Assembly (NCBI GenBank): GCA_964019335.1
Contig: OZ025660.1
Location: 620,001 to 684,000, forward strand
DNA length: 64,000 nt
Source: Diplonema japonicum
Taxonomy: Eukaryota; Protista; Euglenozoa: Diplonemea
Reading direction: 5' to 3'
Position 1 is the stretch's first letter, and each line of letters starts with the position of its first letter. Shown here piece after piece: positions 1 to 11,361 of this stretch. The position numbers were made by a program, and so were the translations under genes. The notes below the pieces were generated by a model that was not told where the DNA came from, made no database searches, and was given only the letters and a program-made list of their open reading frames with translations.

Positions 1-425
1 ATGTTGTTGTGTTCCTTCACAGTGTCCGTGTTGATTAAAACGTTTTCAATTTCCCGTTGCATTTTGTATGCACCTCCAGGTGCTGTGTGTTCCGCATGAA
101 AGTACCAATGATCGTGAAGCATACTCCTCACAGCGTCTCCTATAATAGGTTCGGTTCCGTGTGCTACATATGTTGCGTCAGCCATCATTACTGAGTCTTG
201 TATTTGAGTCTCTCTTGGTTTTACTATCAGTTCTTGATCTTCGCTGTTCTCCGGGTCTAGTTCTCTCCATCCTTTCGTGGTTTCAACCCTCCATCTTTTT
301 GCCATGTCTTCTTCCTCCTCGACTTCCTCCTCCTCTTCTTCCTCTTCTTCTTCTTCTTCACACTCTTCTGTTGAATCGACGGACGGCTCCTTTCTCCATT
401 TTCTCTTTAACGATTTTCGTGACAT
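1..425 (-). CDS. Hypothetical protein, N-terminal part with Glu-rich tract (runs off the window's left edge)
   Basis: Manual translation from ATG at 425 gives MSRKSLKRKWRKEPSVDSTEECEEEEEE..., open to position 1; A-run upstream of ATG as in neighbouring genes. Confidence 0.6.
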   Translation of the reverse strand, partial: MSRKSLKRKWRKEPSVDSTEECEEEEEEEEEEEEVEEEEDMAKRWRVETTKGWRELDPENSEDQELIVKPRETQIQDSVMMADATYVAHGTEPIIGDAVRSMLHDHWYFHAEHTAPGGAYKMQREIENVLINTDTVKEHNN

Positions 426-1476
426 ATTTTTTTTTTTCTCCCTTCCCCTTAACTTAAGAACTGCCTGGCATCCTTCTGCGCTGGTGATGGTGTGGATGCA
501 GGTTGCTGTGTCCTGTCATCAGGCACAAAGGGGTCCGACCATTCTTTTTTCTGCACTGTCGGTACTGCGCAGATTGTCTCCTCAAAAAAACAAAAATATT
601 AACCAGACCGCAACTGGGAAGACCAAGGTAACGACTAGATCAAGAATTTGAACATGTCCTGCTGAAAGCGAACTTCGGCCTTCCAGTGCATCCCAGGGCC
701 CATCAGTTTTCAAAAAAAAAAAAAAGAAGGAAGAAAAATAACCATTTGCTTTAAAGAGAGTCAAAAGAAAAAGGGGAAGCTAGGGGAGGGGGAAATAACA
801 AATGAGTTATCAAGTATAAGACCAGACTTTTCTTTTTTTTTTCGCCCCCCTTCTTCCCCCCCGGGGGGGGGGGGGGGGTGGAGAGAGAACAACGACAACA
901 GCAGGAAAGAAAATAAGAATAAAAAAAAAAAAAAGGTAAGGGAACAGATTTTTTTTTTTCATTTTCTTTTTTTTCATTTCAGATTTTCTTATTACTGTAA
1001 AGTGGAAAAGGTCGGACAAAGTGACAAATGCCCGGGCGGAACTTGTCCTCGGCTCCTGCCCCATGATATGTGAAAATATGGCATATAAAAAAAAGGATTT
1101 TAAGGGTGACCCCGCTCCCTTGATTTATTTTTCACATGCCCAGCCCGTTTAAGACCCTTCACAAAGGTTTCGACCCGGAGGCTGATACTGGAATCTAAAA
1201 GGAAAAAATAGCCTTAAAAAAAAAAAAGAAAAACGTCGGATTTCTTCCCGGACAAAATTGAGAGATTTTACAGTATTTTCTTTTTCTTTTTCCGTTCTGT
1301 TCGTCCCTCCCCTCCCCTCCCCTCCCCTCCTTCCTTCATGTTCCCTGACGGTGAGCATCTGAAGATATAAAACTGAGTTGAGCAAAGCAACACCAAAAAT
1401 GAGTGAACCATGAGGCACGAAAAAAAAGAAAATAAAAGAGAGAAAAAAAAAAGAAGAAAAAAAAAAACCCCCGCCC

Positions 1477-2748
1477 TCACGCAGTTTTTGCTGCCGCCGC
1501 GGATGCTTTGTTGAGGAAGGATGTGGCTAGGAACTTTTTGCGAGCGGTGGCTGTCACGTACTCCACGTACTGCTCTGGGTTTGACCTCGCTACATGGTCC
1601 GCCATTCGCAGCTGTAAAGTCATTTTGTTGGACCCCCGAAGTACCCCATTCCCCACACACCATGTCGTCATAGGCGTTCACATCGGCAGTGAGCTCCAAG
1701 ATTTGCTGGCTTAACTCGTCTGCAGGCTTAATGTCCTCCACGCTGGTGACTGCCTTCCCCTCCATCTGGCCTAGCCATGTCTTCGTCGTCTCCAGCTCTA
1801 CTACCATTTTCGATATTTCCTCCAAGAGTTTTGCCTCTTCTTCGTTTGACGCTTTAAGAGCGTCCTGTGCCTTCACCAGGTCAGCTTGCTGCGTCTTTTG
1901 ACGCTCTACTTCAGATTTTAAGTTCGCCTGTAAGTTTAAAAGGAAATAGAAGCATTGTCCCTCCCGGTGCGTACCTCAGTGTTGGCCTTCATTTCCACGC
2001 ACAGTTTTGTGAGGCTTGTGGTGATTTCCGCTTGTAAAGCGTTAGAAAGTTGTGTGATCGAATCGTCAGGTTGTGCCGCAGGTTTCACAGGTGGCACAAT
2101 AGGGCTTGGGCAAGAGGGTGCGGTGGCTGAGGCGTACGGGTTGGAGACAGGGACGGTGGAACTAGCTGGGCTGTAATTCGGGTTGTACGCAAGGGGTTTT
2201 GGCGGTTGATGGTCGTAGTGGCTGTAGCCGCCACCATGCGGTTGATGCTGCTGGGGCTGGGGTTGGTGCTGGGGCTGGTGCGCCACGCCCCCTGCTGGCG
2301 CTGCGTGTACTGGAGACTGTCGTTGGAAGGCATCTCGCAGATCATTAATACAGTCCAGCATCGTGTACGCCTTGTTCCAGTTCGACCTCAAAGTACATTC
2401 TCCGTTTGTCCCCAACCTCGGGTGCTGCCTTGACAACACCATGCCTTGGCTTGGGACCACGAACACCACAGGCGGCACCTCTGGATACCTTTTCGGTATC
2501 CATATATCCACCGGGATGTAGTAGTTCTGCCTGTTTATCACCACAGCCACGGTCCCGTACAGCTTGATGTGGTTCTGCCCTGACCCGTGGTGCGACGTCG
2601 TGTAGAAGACTTCGTTGGTCGGCTTCAGGAAATGATGGGTGTGAAAGAGCCTCTGCGTGTCCCCCTGTATCCTTGCAGGGTAGACGTAGCCTAAGCTGTT
2701 GGAAAGAATGTCCACCGTTTGGGTCTTCCCTGTTAAATCTTGCGCCAT
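1477..2748 (-). CDS. VPS23: ESCRT-I subunit Vps23/TSG101-like (UEV domain, Pro/Gln-rich linker, coiled coil, steadiness box); 2 introns
   Basis: UEV motif LYGTVAVVINRQNYYIPVDIWIPKRYPEVPPVVFV; C-terminal SQQILELTADVNAYDDM...YVEYVTATARKKF resembles the Vps23 core. GT-AG introns at 1928-1974 and 1612-1660 join the ORF fragments in frame. Confidence 0.85.
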
Positions 2749-2949
2749 TGTTCTTTTTTTTTCTTTCTATTCACTCCCCCCCTCCCTTTGTTTCTTCTTT
2801 TTTTTTTCCCCCTTCTGTATATGTGGAACACATATAAAAAAGGCGTAAATAAAAAAAAAAAAAAACTTAACATCTAACTAACATTTTGTCCAAAAGGTTG
2901 TACAACAAGAAGTAGGAAAAAAGGAAGAAAGAAAGAAAAAGAAGGCGTG

Positions 2950-2980
<31 letters not shown>

Positions 2981-2985
2981 CAACA

Positions 2986-3645
2986 TCATTCTCTGTCCCT
3001 GCTCGAAGACCGCCCACGAAAGACCATAGGAGGAGGGGGCGGCCGGGGGTCAACTTTCCAAGGTGGGCGTTTCAACGGTACATTCTTCCGTCTTGGAGAG
3101 CGTTTTCTAGCAACCACGACGTTTGGGTCAGTTGACCGAAGTGACGTTGCCCAAGGCCGGGACCGTTGTGCTGTTCCTGTTGACATCGATCTGGGCGTGG
3201 TGGTTCTTTTTATGGTCTGCGCTCTTTTTTCCACCTTTTCTGGCAACCTGACAACAGGTGGAGGAGGGGGTGGTGGTGTGGTGGTCACCAGCCTTTTCCT
3301 CGCCTTAGCTTCCGCGGTCTCCACCCCACGCCTCGCATGCCTTTCCCCAACCGCCACGAACGCCATTTTTGGTTTTATCAGAATATTTTCATGCAGCATC
3401 TCGAGCTGTCTGCGCCGCTTGTGTTCATAGACCTGCACATCCCTCATCACTTCCTTGCCTATCAAGAGAAGGTTCGCCTGGCAAGCCGACTGAAAGCCCA
3501 TCTTCTGCTCCCTTAAAAGTAATATACGAGCAGCCTCTTCCGCGGCTGTAATCAACCCCGTGCTGCAGTCGCTAAGACTGCGACTGCGAAACACCCATGA
3601 GAGGCCCACAGCGACGGCAAAGAAGATAACTGCTAAGACGTCCAT
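2986..3645 (-). CDS. Hypothetical protein with N-terminal hydrophobic segment and basic/Pro-rich tail
   Basis: Open ORF from MDVLAVIFFAVAVGLSW; coding-like composition; no family recognised. Confidence 0.55.
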   Translation of the reverse strand: MDVLAVIFFAVAVGLSWVFRSRSLSDCSTGLITAAEEAARILLLREQKMGFQSACQANLLLIGKEVMRDVQVYEHKRRRQLEMLHENILIKPKMAFVAVGERHARRGVETAEAKARKRLVTTTPPPPPPPVVRLPEKVEKRAQTIKRTTTPRSMSTGTAQRSRPWATSLRSTDPNVVVARKRSPRRKNVPLKRPPWKVDPRPPPPPMVFRGRSSSRDRE

Positions 3646-3749
3646 GGCTGTCCTCTGAGGTGGTGGTGGAGATGGGGGAAGCTCATTCAACAAAAAAAAA
3701 AAAAAAAAAAACCTACTACAATGTACGGATTTCTTCCCCCCCTGACTTG

Positions 3750-4718
3750 TCACCTTGGAGACGGTGCAATGGCGAGAAGTTGTGTGGGGATATCGTCAGT
3801 GAAGACGTCGGAGGAAATGGACGGCTGCTGTTGTGCCCATGCAAGCCACGTGTGCAGTTTTGCTGCATCGTGGGATAGAAAGACGGCAGACGCACTGTTG
3901 GATGTAATGTAGAAGAGAGGCAAAGACGGTGAGAGGTGTGTGTCACGATAGACACCCAGACCTTCGACGGTGGCATGTTGTAACTGTGTGAGCTCATGAG
4001 TGGCCTTGTTCCGGTAGCTGATTTTAAGGGTGTTTGGAGGCTCGAGTTTCAAAATCCGTTTTTTGTACACAAAGGGAACGAGGTCGGAAGCTTTGCCTGT
4101 TGTGTTGGCAACACGCACCCTCACTGCCAAAGGTGCTGGTAAAATAACATTTTGCAATGGGCTCGTTGGCGTCTCGGATAAGGGAGTCTGCGGTGGTGTC
4201 GAAGCAGCGAGCCGTTTCTCAAGCTCTTCTATGTAACTTTGCTGTTGGGTTATGACAGATGTGAAATAGGTGCTTTCAGTGGTCCCTGCTGACCCATTTC
4301 CGGTAGAATCGACGCCTGTTCTTATATGGCAGAACAGTTGGCAGTATTTGTTCAGCAGCAAGCCCTCGTAGACGTCCGCCCACGTTTCCTTTTCCACGCA
4401 GTGGTACTGAATGGTATCAATGCCTGGGAAGCTCTGCTCCTCTCCAAGTGCTTTCCTTAACTTTGCTTCGATGTGTGCGTAGAAGTCTTCGATGTTGGCC
4501 ACAGTGTTGTCGATCACCTCGTTCACGATAAACCTGTCTCCTTTGAAGTCGATGCATATCTTAGCCTCGGCCCTCTCCACAGACTGACCAGAAGGGCGTT
4601 CCCTCGCAGTGGACCTGCTGCTCTCCAAGATTTCGTCGCCCAACTTAAGCATTTCGTTGGTCTCTTCCAAGGCCGCCTCCACTTCTAGCTCCCATGCTTC
4701 AATGGTTCCACTTGTCAT
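3750..4718 (-). CDS. Hypothetical protein (short coiled coil; possible C-terminal PH-like domain)
   Basis: ORF of ~320 aa from MTSGTIEAW; C-terminal YKKRILKL...VFLSHDAAKLHTWLAWAQ resembles a PH-domain end helix (weak). Confidence 0.65.
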   Translation of the reverse strand: MTSGTIEAWELEVEAALEETNEMLKLGDEILESSRSTARERPSGQSVERAEAKICIDFKGDRFIVNEVIDNTVANIEDFYAHIEAKLRKALGEEQSFPGIDTIQYHCVEKETWADVYEGLLLNKYCQLFCHIRTGVDSTGNGSAGTTESTYFTSVITQQQSYIEELEKRLAASTPPQTPLSETPTSPLQNVILPAPLAVRVRVANTTGKASDLVPFVYKKRILKLEPPNTLKISYRNKATHELTQLQHATVEGLGVYRDTHLSPSLPLFYITSNSASAVFLSHDAAKLHTWLAWAQQQPSISSDVFTDDIPTQLLAIAPSPR

Positions 4719-5211
4719 CTTCTTAGCATTTGGAGGGCTGATGACATTAGGTGTGACATAGGGGGGGGGGGAAATGCACATGCACGGTAGGTAAAAAAAA
4801 AGAGAATAATTGTCGTGCAACTCCTGTTAGTTCCCTTCTGTGCTGCGGCAGGGTGGACTGCGTTCTGGTAGGTTGCTTGTGCCTTGTAGTCGGGCATCCC
4901 TCCTAGTATTTCACATCCGTTCGTGTCGCGGAGGAAATTTTGAGGGGAGAGAGGGGGGGGGGGGGGGGGGGGGGGGGAAGGGAAACAAACTAACTAAAGG
5001 GAAAAAAAAGGGGGGGAAACATATATATAAAAAAAAAAAAAAAGAATAAGGCAAGTTATTCTTTGTTTGCGCAGCGGTCAAGAGATAATGCACCGGAAAA
5101 AAAAAAAGAAAAAAAAAACTGCCCAACATTTTTTCTTTCTTTTTTTTTGGGGGGGGGAAATCGCCGATTCTTACGCAGGCGTACGGAAAAAGAAAAAAAA
5201 ATAAAAGAAAA

Positions 5212-6087
5212 CTATAACTTTGACTGTTTTTCTTGTCTCTCTTTAATTTTCACGTCCTCATTCTTCATGGCATCTTGGGTTTCTGCATCTGACATTCCAT
5301 CGAAGAGCCATTGCGCCTGCTTTGCTTGGTCTTCGAGAGGTCCTGCTTGTTCAATCCTTTTCAGAAGCTCCTGGCTTGTATCGCTGGATTTGAGCTCTCG
5401 GAGAACGATGCCGGTCAGGTACATTGGGTCTCGCAAGCGTTTCACGTTCCAAATCTCATACTCCCGTCTTTGGAAGTCAGAGGCCCAGGTGCCTGGGTTG
5501 GTTGATGTGAGGCACCTGTCGACTGCCTCGTCGATAGGCATCCATCGAAGGGAGTGGATCTCGGGCGAGATGCTTTCTTTTTTACTATGTGGGAGTTTTT
5601 CGTATTCACCAGAAAGAAAAATGTCTTTGAAACGCTCTCTCCTGCCAGCAAGACCGGTGTTGGCCTCTTCTATGTCCAAATCTTCCAACCATTTGTTCTC
5701 AGTTTCTAAACCTATAAAAAAGTAAATCAGATTTGATCTTGAACGTACAGCTCTTGTCTGCCTTACGCATAACGGTCGCAGAACCGCATCAGCAGGTAGA
5801 GCTGGCATATTTGTTTCTGACAGCATCTCTTCTTCCAGTTCCCGTTTCGCTGCTTCCAAAGGTGTCTCACCTTCGTCGAGGTTACCGCCTACGAGCTTCC
5901 ACTCACCCCCATACCGCATCGGCACCAGCTTGTCCAAGCTGCTCTTCATCCAGTTAATCACCTCCGACTCTGCCATCAGGGACTCCCACGTCTCACCGCG
6001 CCGCCGCACAAGAATCACAGTCGCGCTCTTTGCCACGGAAAGCCGCCCCCTTACCTCATATGGTGAGGCTGCTTTTTTTGTTTTCAT
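5212..6087 (-). CDS. Nudix hydrolase
   Basis: Nudix box GGNLDEGETPLEAAKRELEEEM. Confidence 0.9.
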   Translation of the reverse strand: MKTKKAASPYEVRGRLSVAKSATVILVRRRGETWESLMAESEVINWMKSSLDKLVPMRYGGEWKLVGGNLDEGETPLEAAKRELEEEMLSETNMPALPADAVLRPLCVRQTRAVRSRSNLIYFFIGLETENKWLEDLDIEEANTGLAGRRERFKDIFLSGEYEKLPHSKKESISPEIHSLRWMPIDEAVDRCLTSTNPGTWASDFQRREYEIWNVKRLRDPMYLTGIVLRELKSSDTSQELLKRIEQAGPLEDQAKQAQWLFDGMSDAETQDAMKNEDVKIKERQEKQSKL

Positions 6088-6129
<42 letters not shown>

Positions 6130-6442
6130 TTGTTGTCTTGTGTGTCCAACTAGTTCGGGGGTTTTTTTCGAAAAAAAAAAGGGGCAAAAGCGGTAGTTTC
6201 CAGTGATTCCCGCAACACATATGGGTCGGCAATGGTTGTTGGTTGGAAAGTCATCAGAAATTATTTCGGGGTTTTTTTTTTAACCCGGAAAACCCGATAA
6301 ATTCTAAATTCTAAATTCTATAATTTCCTGTAAGTAGGGTAAGCAGTCATCACAACAGGGCATTCAGGGTCGCTTGGGTGTGCACCGTTAAAAAAAAGTC
6401 CTTTAGACTGCAAGGTATGTCTTCGAACAACAACAACAACAA

Positions 6443-6480
<38 letters not shown>

Positions 6481-6482
6481 TG

Positions 6483-7193
6483 TTATATCGCCTTGATCGC
6501 GGCAACTCTTTCCGTTGCTTGGCGCAACTCGAAATGGTCTAGGAGGCGGTGCTGCTGTGCGCCTGTATTTGGGTCGATGGTCACGTTCTCATTGTAGGCA
6601 GTTTCTACAGCTTGGAGCCGTTGCTCTTCGACAGCGAGGACAGCAGAGGTGACGTTAGGGTCGTTGAAGGCGGTGAGAGCCTTCTTGAGGTGCAGAGTGC
6701 GGTCCTGCGTGGGGGAACGGAGGGTGAAGGCACCGACAACAGTAGACAGAGTGGCGATCGTGAACGCTCTACGAAGGGTGTGCGACTGCCCGAGACGGTA
6801 CAACACCGTTGCAGCACCCGCACCCACTCCAACAGCAAGGTTTCCCAGAACCCAGTTGGTCTCCTTCCGAAGCGGCTTGCTTGCCACCTGCGACACCCTC
6901 TCTGCAACAAACACCTTCGCTACCTCCTTCGGCAGCTCCGCAAGGTACTCCTCGTCCACTATGACAGCCTCATCCCCCCACGCAATGGGTTTAAATTTAT
7001 CCCCTGTTATTTGGTACCACTCCACCCTCGTCCCCAAGGCCTGCATGCACTCTTCCATAACCGTTTCCATGCTCTGTGTTTTTACGCACACCCTCTGCGC
7101 GATGGTCAGGTTCTTCGACACCCCATCCTTCCTCACTTGCCGCTCACCGCCAAGCGTGAACTTCGTAATGAAATACGACCACAGCCCAGACAT
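6483..7193 (-). CDS. Hypothetical membrane protein (two hydrophobic segments)
   Basis: ORF from MSGLWSYF after an A-run; hydrophobic stretches WVLGNLAVGVGAGAATVLY and AFTIATLSTVVGAFTL. Confidence 0.65.
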   Translation of the reverse strand: MSGLWSYFITKFTLGGERQVRKDGVSKNLTIAQRVCVKTQSMETVMEECMQALGTRVEWYQITGDKFKPIAWGDEAVIVDEEYLAELPKEVAKVFVAERVSQVASKPLRKETNWVLGNLAVGVGAGAATVLYRLGQSHTLRRAFTIATLSTVVGAFTLRSPTQDRTLHLKKALTAFNDPNVTSAVLAVEEQRLQAVETAYNENVTIDPNTGAQQHRLLDHFELRQATERVAAIKAI

Positions 7194-7338
7194 CGTTTGG
7201 TTTTCTTTTTTTTTTTTCTTCTTCCCCCTTTTTTTTCCCCCGTGGGGTAATCCAAAGCATGGAGCAAAAGAAAAAGAGAAAAAGAAAAAAAAAAAGATAG
7301 TTTCCCTCTGCGGGTTGTTGAAAAACAAACCATTACCG

Positions 7339-8250
7339 TTACTCAGGCGGGCGGTGGAAAGGGGAGCTGACGGCGAGCTCCGATGTGGAATACAAACAAT
7401 CATGCAGGGTGGGGAGGAAGGGTGACACGGGACGGGCCCTGGGGCGGGTGCAGGATGTGGCTTGTTTCTTCCGCTTACGTTGCTCCACAGAAGGACGCTT
7501 GCGCCCTACAGGGCCGGTCCGAGGGATAGATATCTGTGGTGGAGGGAACGACAAAGGCGCAGTCATCGGCGAACTGCAAAGCGAGATATTCAGCACTTCT
7601 TTTTGCACAACAGGTGTTCTTTGGTCGGCAGGGTGTCCGGGGAGGATTCTGACACCTTGCCCAAACGCAGGGAGCGTAAGGATATTAAGCGCTTTTCCCG
7701 TAGAAGAAGGCAGCGCGGGCTTTTCTTTGAGAACAGCCCGCAGCCTTGCGACCTCTTTGCTGAGGAATTTGTTGCGCTCCTCTAAAATGACAATTTTCCG
7801 TTCACTGCAACGTCCTTGTGTCAAGAACCTGGCACGCCTGGTGTCGATTTCCTCACGGTTGACCCGCTGCTGATATTGAAATATATTTTGCGGAAAGACA
7901 GAAAACCAGTCTGTTCCATGCGCTGGTAAAATGTCTGCGCGTTGCAGGTCCTCTGAAGCAGGAGCCACACCATCGATTCCCAGAATGTTGATGGCGATTT
8001 TTTGCATTGTATCCGCGGATATTATAATGGAGGACGTTTGCCTGACGTTGGCTGCATGGAATCTGTCAGATTGCTCACCGACTACCCACCACTTTCCTTC
8101 TCTCCCTCTATTATAGCACCCGACTGCGTACTCTACTCCTTGCAACGAATTCTCAAACAAGATTCCCTCTCCATCAAGCACCCCTCCTAAATCATTCATT
8201 CCCAGCACATCTGCCTCGTTCAAATGGCTGCTCCACACCCATGTTTTCAT
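7339..8250 (-). CDS. Hypothetical protein with short coiled coil
   Basis: 303-aa ORF on the same strand as all other genes; heptad segment KIVILEERNKFLSKEVARLRAVL. Confidence 0.6.
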   Translation of the reverse strand: MKTWVWSSHLNEADVLGMNDLGGVLDGEGILFENSLQGVEYAVGCYNRGREGKWWVVGEQSDRFHAANVRQTSSIIISADTMQKIAINILGIDGVAPASEDLQRADILPAHGTDWFSVFPQNIFQYQQRVNREEIDTRRARFLTQGRCSERKIVILEERNKFLSKEVARLRAVLKEKPALPSSTGKALNILTLPAFGQGVRILPGHPADQRTPVVQKEVLNISLCSSPMTAPLSFPPPQISIPRTGPVGRKRPSVEQRKRKKQATSCTRPRARPVSPFLPTLHDCLYSTSELAVSSPFHRPPE

Positions 8251-8881
8251 TGTGTTGTGTGGTTTTTTTTCTCTTTTTTCCCTGCCTTTTTTTTTTTTCT
8301 AGCGAAAAAATATGATCAATATAAAGTATAAAAAAGATGAATCAGGTAACGGCATATCTTTTTTTTTTTTCTTTTTTTTTTTTCCCTTCTGTTTTCTTTT
8401 TTTTCTTTTTTTCTTTAGATTAGGAAAGTGGTTTTCTAAAGGAGAAAAGAAAAAAATGGGCATGCAAAAAGTTTTTTAGGAAAATAAAAAAAAAATGGGT
8501 AAGAGGGAGAGGAGATGCAAAAAAAAAAAAAAGAAAAAAAAAGGGAAAAAATCGGGGATAGGCTAGGAACAACTCACCCCCCAAAAAAGAAAACTGGAAA
8601 AAATTAAGCGTTGAATGTTAGATTTTTTTGTTTTATTTTAATTCTCACTCAACCAGGAGAACAACATCAAGGAGAAGAAAAAAAAGGAAAAAGAAAATGT
8701 GTCGCTTTGAAGTAAGGAAAAGAAAAGCCAATGCTATACGCAAACTCTCTGTGCGAGAACCGCTGCTGTGTCAGTTTTCGGACTTATCTTGCAAAAAACA
8801 AAAGGGCTAGTGGAAAAGAGACAATAATAACAAGCGCCACGTTTCTTTTTTTTCCCTCCCTCCTTTTCTCCATTCGTTTCG

Positions 8882-11002
8882 TCAGCACGCGATACCAGTT
8901 ACGAAGCCAGAAGGGTCACGGATGAAGGAGCTCGGTTCGAGTGTAATAAGGCCATCGTGCCAAGAAGAGATGTCCTGCATGTCCTTGAGGACTCTTGACG
9001 AACCAAAGTAGGGGTGTGCTACCACAGGCTCAGTGAATTCGTGAGCCAAGGTAACGCAGGTGACGCCTGCCACCTCAACAGTGTGGCCCGTGGACAGCAC
9101 GAAGTCGTAGACATACTCTGCCTTCTGCATTGTGCCCTCAGCAACGTTACAGGGGAAGACCCACTGCCCATCCTTCACGATGGGGTGGTAGGGAGTGATC
9201 TGCAGCCCCCCTTCCAGGCGAACCATCTCTATCTTCCCTCCGCTGGGCTTGACCCTCACCACGCACAGCACCTCGGCATCCCCCTCCACCGTGACTACAA
9301 CGTCACCTCTCTTCACCGTGTCCGCCCTCCTGAACCCTTCCGCGGTCTTCACCATGCACGAGCCACCCACACACCCTCCCCCTCTGTTGTAGTATTTCGC
9401 CATCTTTACAGGCTGAGCTGGCCTTGCTGCGCCTCCCGACGCTGCCCCGTACCCACACCTCGTGGGCGCCGAGGGCTTCGGTGGCGGCAGGCTTACAAAT
9501 ATGTCATCAGCCTTGTCCCTCAGCTTCCCGAACAGCTTGCCCCCGTAGTGCTGCACACCAGGGTCTTTAAAGTTGTTGCAGCACTGGTGAAGATGTGCCA
9601 TCATCAACGAGGGCAGGAAGTGGCGCCCCCACTTGTCAAAGTGCTTCAGCCCCAGCCCTTCCATGACCTGGCCATTGGCGTCGGTTTTCAGGTCCGCCAC
9701 CTGTGCCATGGACGCCACGCTGGATTCCTTGATAAGGAGCGAAAGCTTCTCTACACCATTCGTGGCTTCGGCCAGTTTACCCTTCAGCCCCAAGGCCACA
9801 GCATGTCTCACCGTGTCCACGAACACAGTTCTCAGGTTGTGCGTTTCCAAGGAGACCATGTCGTGGGTCTCCGTGCTGCTGGCAGCGTCCCTCTTCACCC
9901 CGTTGGCGAGGTTGATGCCTGACAAGCACTTCTCGTCAGGGATCTGCACCTCGTCGAGGGATGTGTCGAAGCAGATGATGACGTCCTTCGGCTGCCCGTA
10001 GATGAGGTCGCCCAGCCTCACGGACACACCCCACGTCGTCTTGGTGTGTTTGTACTCACCCTGAATGGGTCTCGCGGCCAGTTTTGCACCTGATTCCTCG
10101 ATATTAAGGATGACATCCCTGTAACATTTGGCCAGCTGGTGGGACACGGCATTCACGAAGACGGTACCTACAAGGGAGCTGTCGGGGATGAAGCCGTAGG
10201 TACCCATTCCCTCCACTGCGAGTTCGTGAAGGAGCGCGGAGTCGAGGCTGTACCCAAAGCCGAAGGTGTTGATGGAAGCCACCAGACCGAACTCGTCGAT
10301 GTACTTCCTAAGCATCGGCACGTGCCCTCTGGGGGGGATGATGTTGGGCATCCCATCGGTGAAGAGCATGATGTTCTCGTTGCGAATAACAGGTGACTTG
10401 TTGTTGCGGATTGTTTCCATCCCACGGAAGAGCCCGTCCCAGAGGTTGGTCTGCCCACCGGGACTTAGATCATCGAGGCATTTCTTGGCACGGGTCTTGC
10501 CCTTGGAATTCATGCATACTGCATTGAGGACAGTGGTGGCAGTGCTGCTGTAGGAGACAATCGACAAATGATCGCCATCGTCAAGACATTGGACGATGGT
10601 GTTGATACTGTGCTTTACAACATCCAACTGGCTGAGACCGTGAGACTCCTTGTTCCCCTGGTCGTTTACGACAGAAACACCACTACCCATAGACCCCGAC
10701 ACGTCAATCACTGCAACAATATGAGCAGGAAGCCTCTTGGGGGCATTCGGAGGGATCACCTTGCACAGCATTTTATTACCAGATTTTGTGACTTCAAGTT
10801 GCAGATCCTGAGCTGTTGTTGCGTCGTTTGTAGTCGGAGTGGCCACCACCTTGACGCCATGGTCTTTCTTCGCTGCTTTCGAGTAGCTCGAGCTGTTCCC
10901 ATCAGGGTCCACCACAGCATCGTCCATTATCTTGTGCGTTATCATACATAACAGTTCATCGGGAACCGAGCCTTCCGTGCTGGCCGTGGCCGGGGCTGAC
11001 AT
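8882..11002 (-). CDS. VWA-Vwaint-Hint (Vint-type) autoprocessing protein with N-terminal truncated U-box
   Basis: VWA MIDAS motif DVSGSM, GGQTNLWDG and FTDG; Vwaint-like WGRHFLPSLMMAHLHQCCNNFKDPGVQ; Hint start GGC, ITPYHPI and YVYDFVL; U-box start VPDELLCMITHKIMDDAVVDPDG. Confidence 0.88.
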   Translation of the reverse strand: MSAPATASTEGSVPDELLCMITHKIMDDAVVDPDGNSSSYSKAAKKDHGVKVVATPTTNDATTAQDLQLEVTKSGNKMLCKVIPPNAPKRLPAHIVAVIDVSGSMGSGVSVVNDQGNKESHGLSQLDVVKHSINTIVQCLDDGDHLSIVSYSSTATTVLNAVCMNSKGKTRAKKCLDDLSPGGQTNLWDGLFRGMETIRNNKSPVIRNENIMLFTDGMPNIIPPRGHVPMLRKYIDEFGLVASINTFGFGYSLDSALLHELAVEGMGTYGFIPDSSLVGTVFVNAVSHQLAKCYRDVILNIEESGAKLAARPIQGEYKHTKTTWGVSVRLGDLIYGQPKDVIICFDTSLDEVQIPDEKCLSGINLANGVKRDAASSTETHDMVSLETHNLRTVFVDTVRHAVALGLKGKLAEATNGVEKLSLLIKESSVASMAQVADLKTDANGQVMEGLGLKHFDKWGRHFLPSLMMAHLHQCCNNFKDPGVQHYGGKLFGKLRDKADDIFVSLPPPKPSAPTRCGYGAASGGAARPAQPVKMAKYYNRGGGCVGGSCMVKTAEGFRRADTVKRGDVVVTVEGDAEVLCVVRVKPSGGKIEMVRLEGGLQITPYHPIVKDGQWVFPCNVAEGTMQKAEYVYDFVLSTGHTVEVAGVTCVTLAHEFTEPVVAHPYFGSSRVLKDMQDISSWHDGLITLEPSSFIRDPSGFVTGIAC

Positions 11003-11034
11003 TTCTTTTTTTTTTTCTTTTAAAGGCGTATTTG

Positions 11035-11087
<53 letters not shown>

Positions 11088-11361
11088 TCGTTAAGTTGAT
11101 GTTTGAGAAAAGGAGCAGAAAAGTTAATAAAGGGGAAAAGAATCGAAATATAGATCATCTCTCTCTTTTTTTTTTTAAAAAAAGATTTTTCTCTTTTCTT
11201 TCCCCCCCCCTCTCATCAAATTTCATTCCCCATCATCGATTTCCCCCAAATTATTTTTGTACAATCGAGGGAAAGAGAGGGCAAGAAGATTTTTCACTTT
11301 TTTTTTTCCATAAAAAAAAATAAAATAAACAACGAGATAGTAGAAGAAGAAAAAATGGTGC

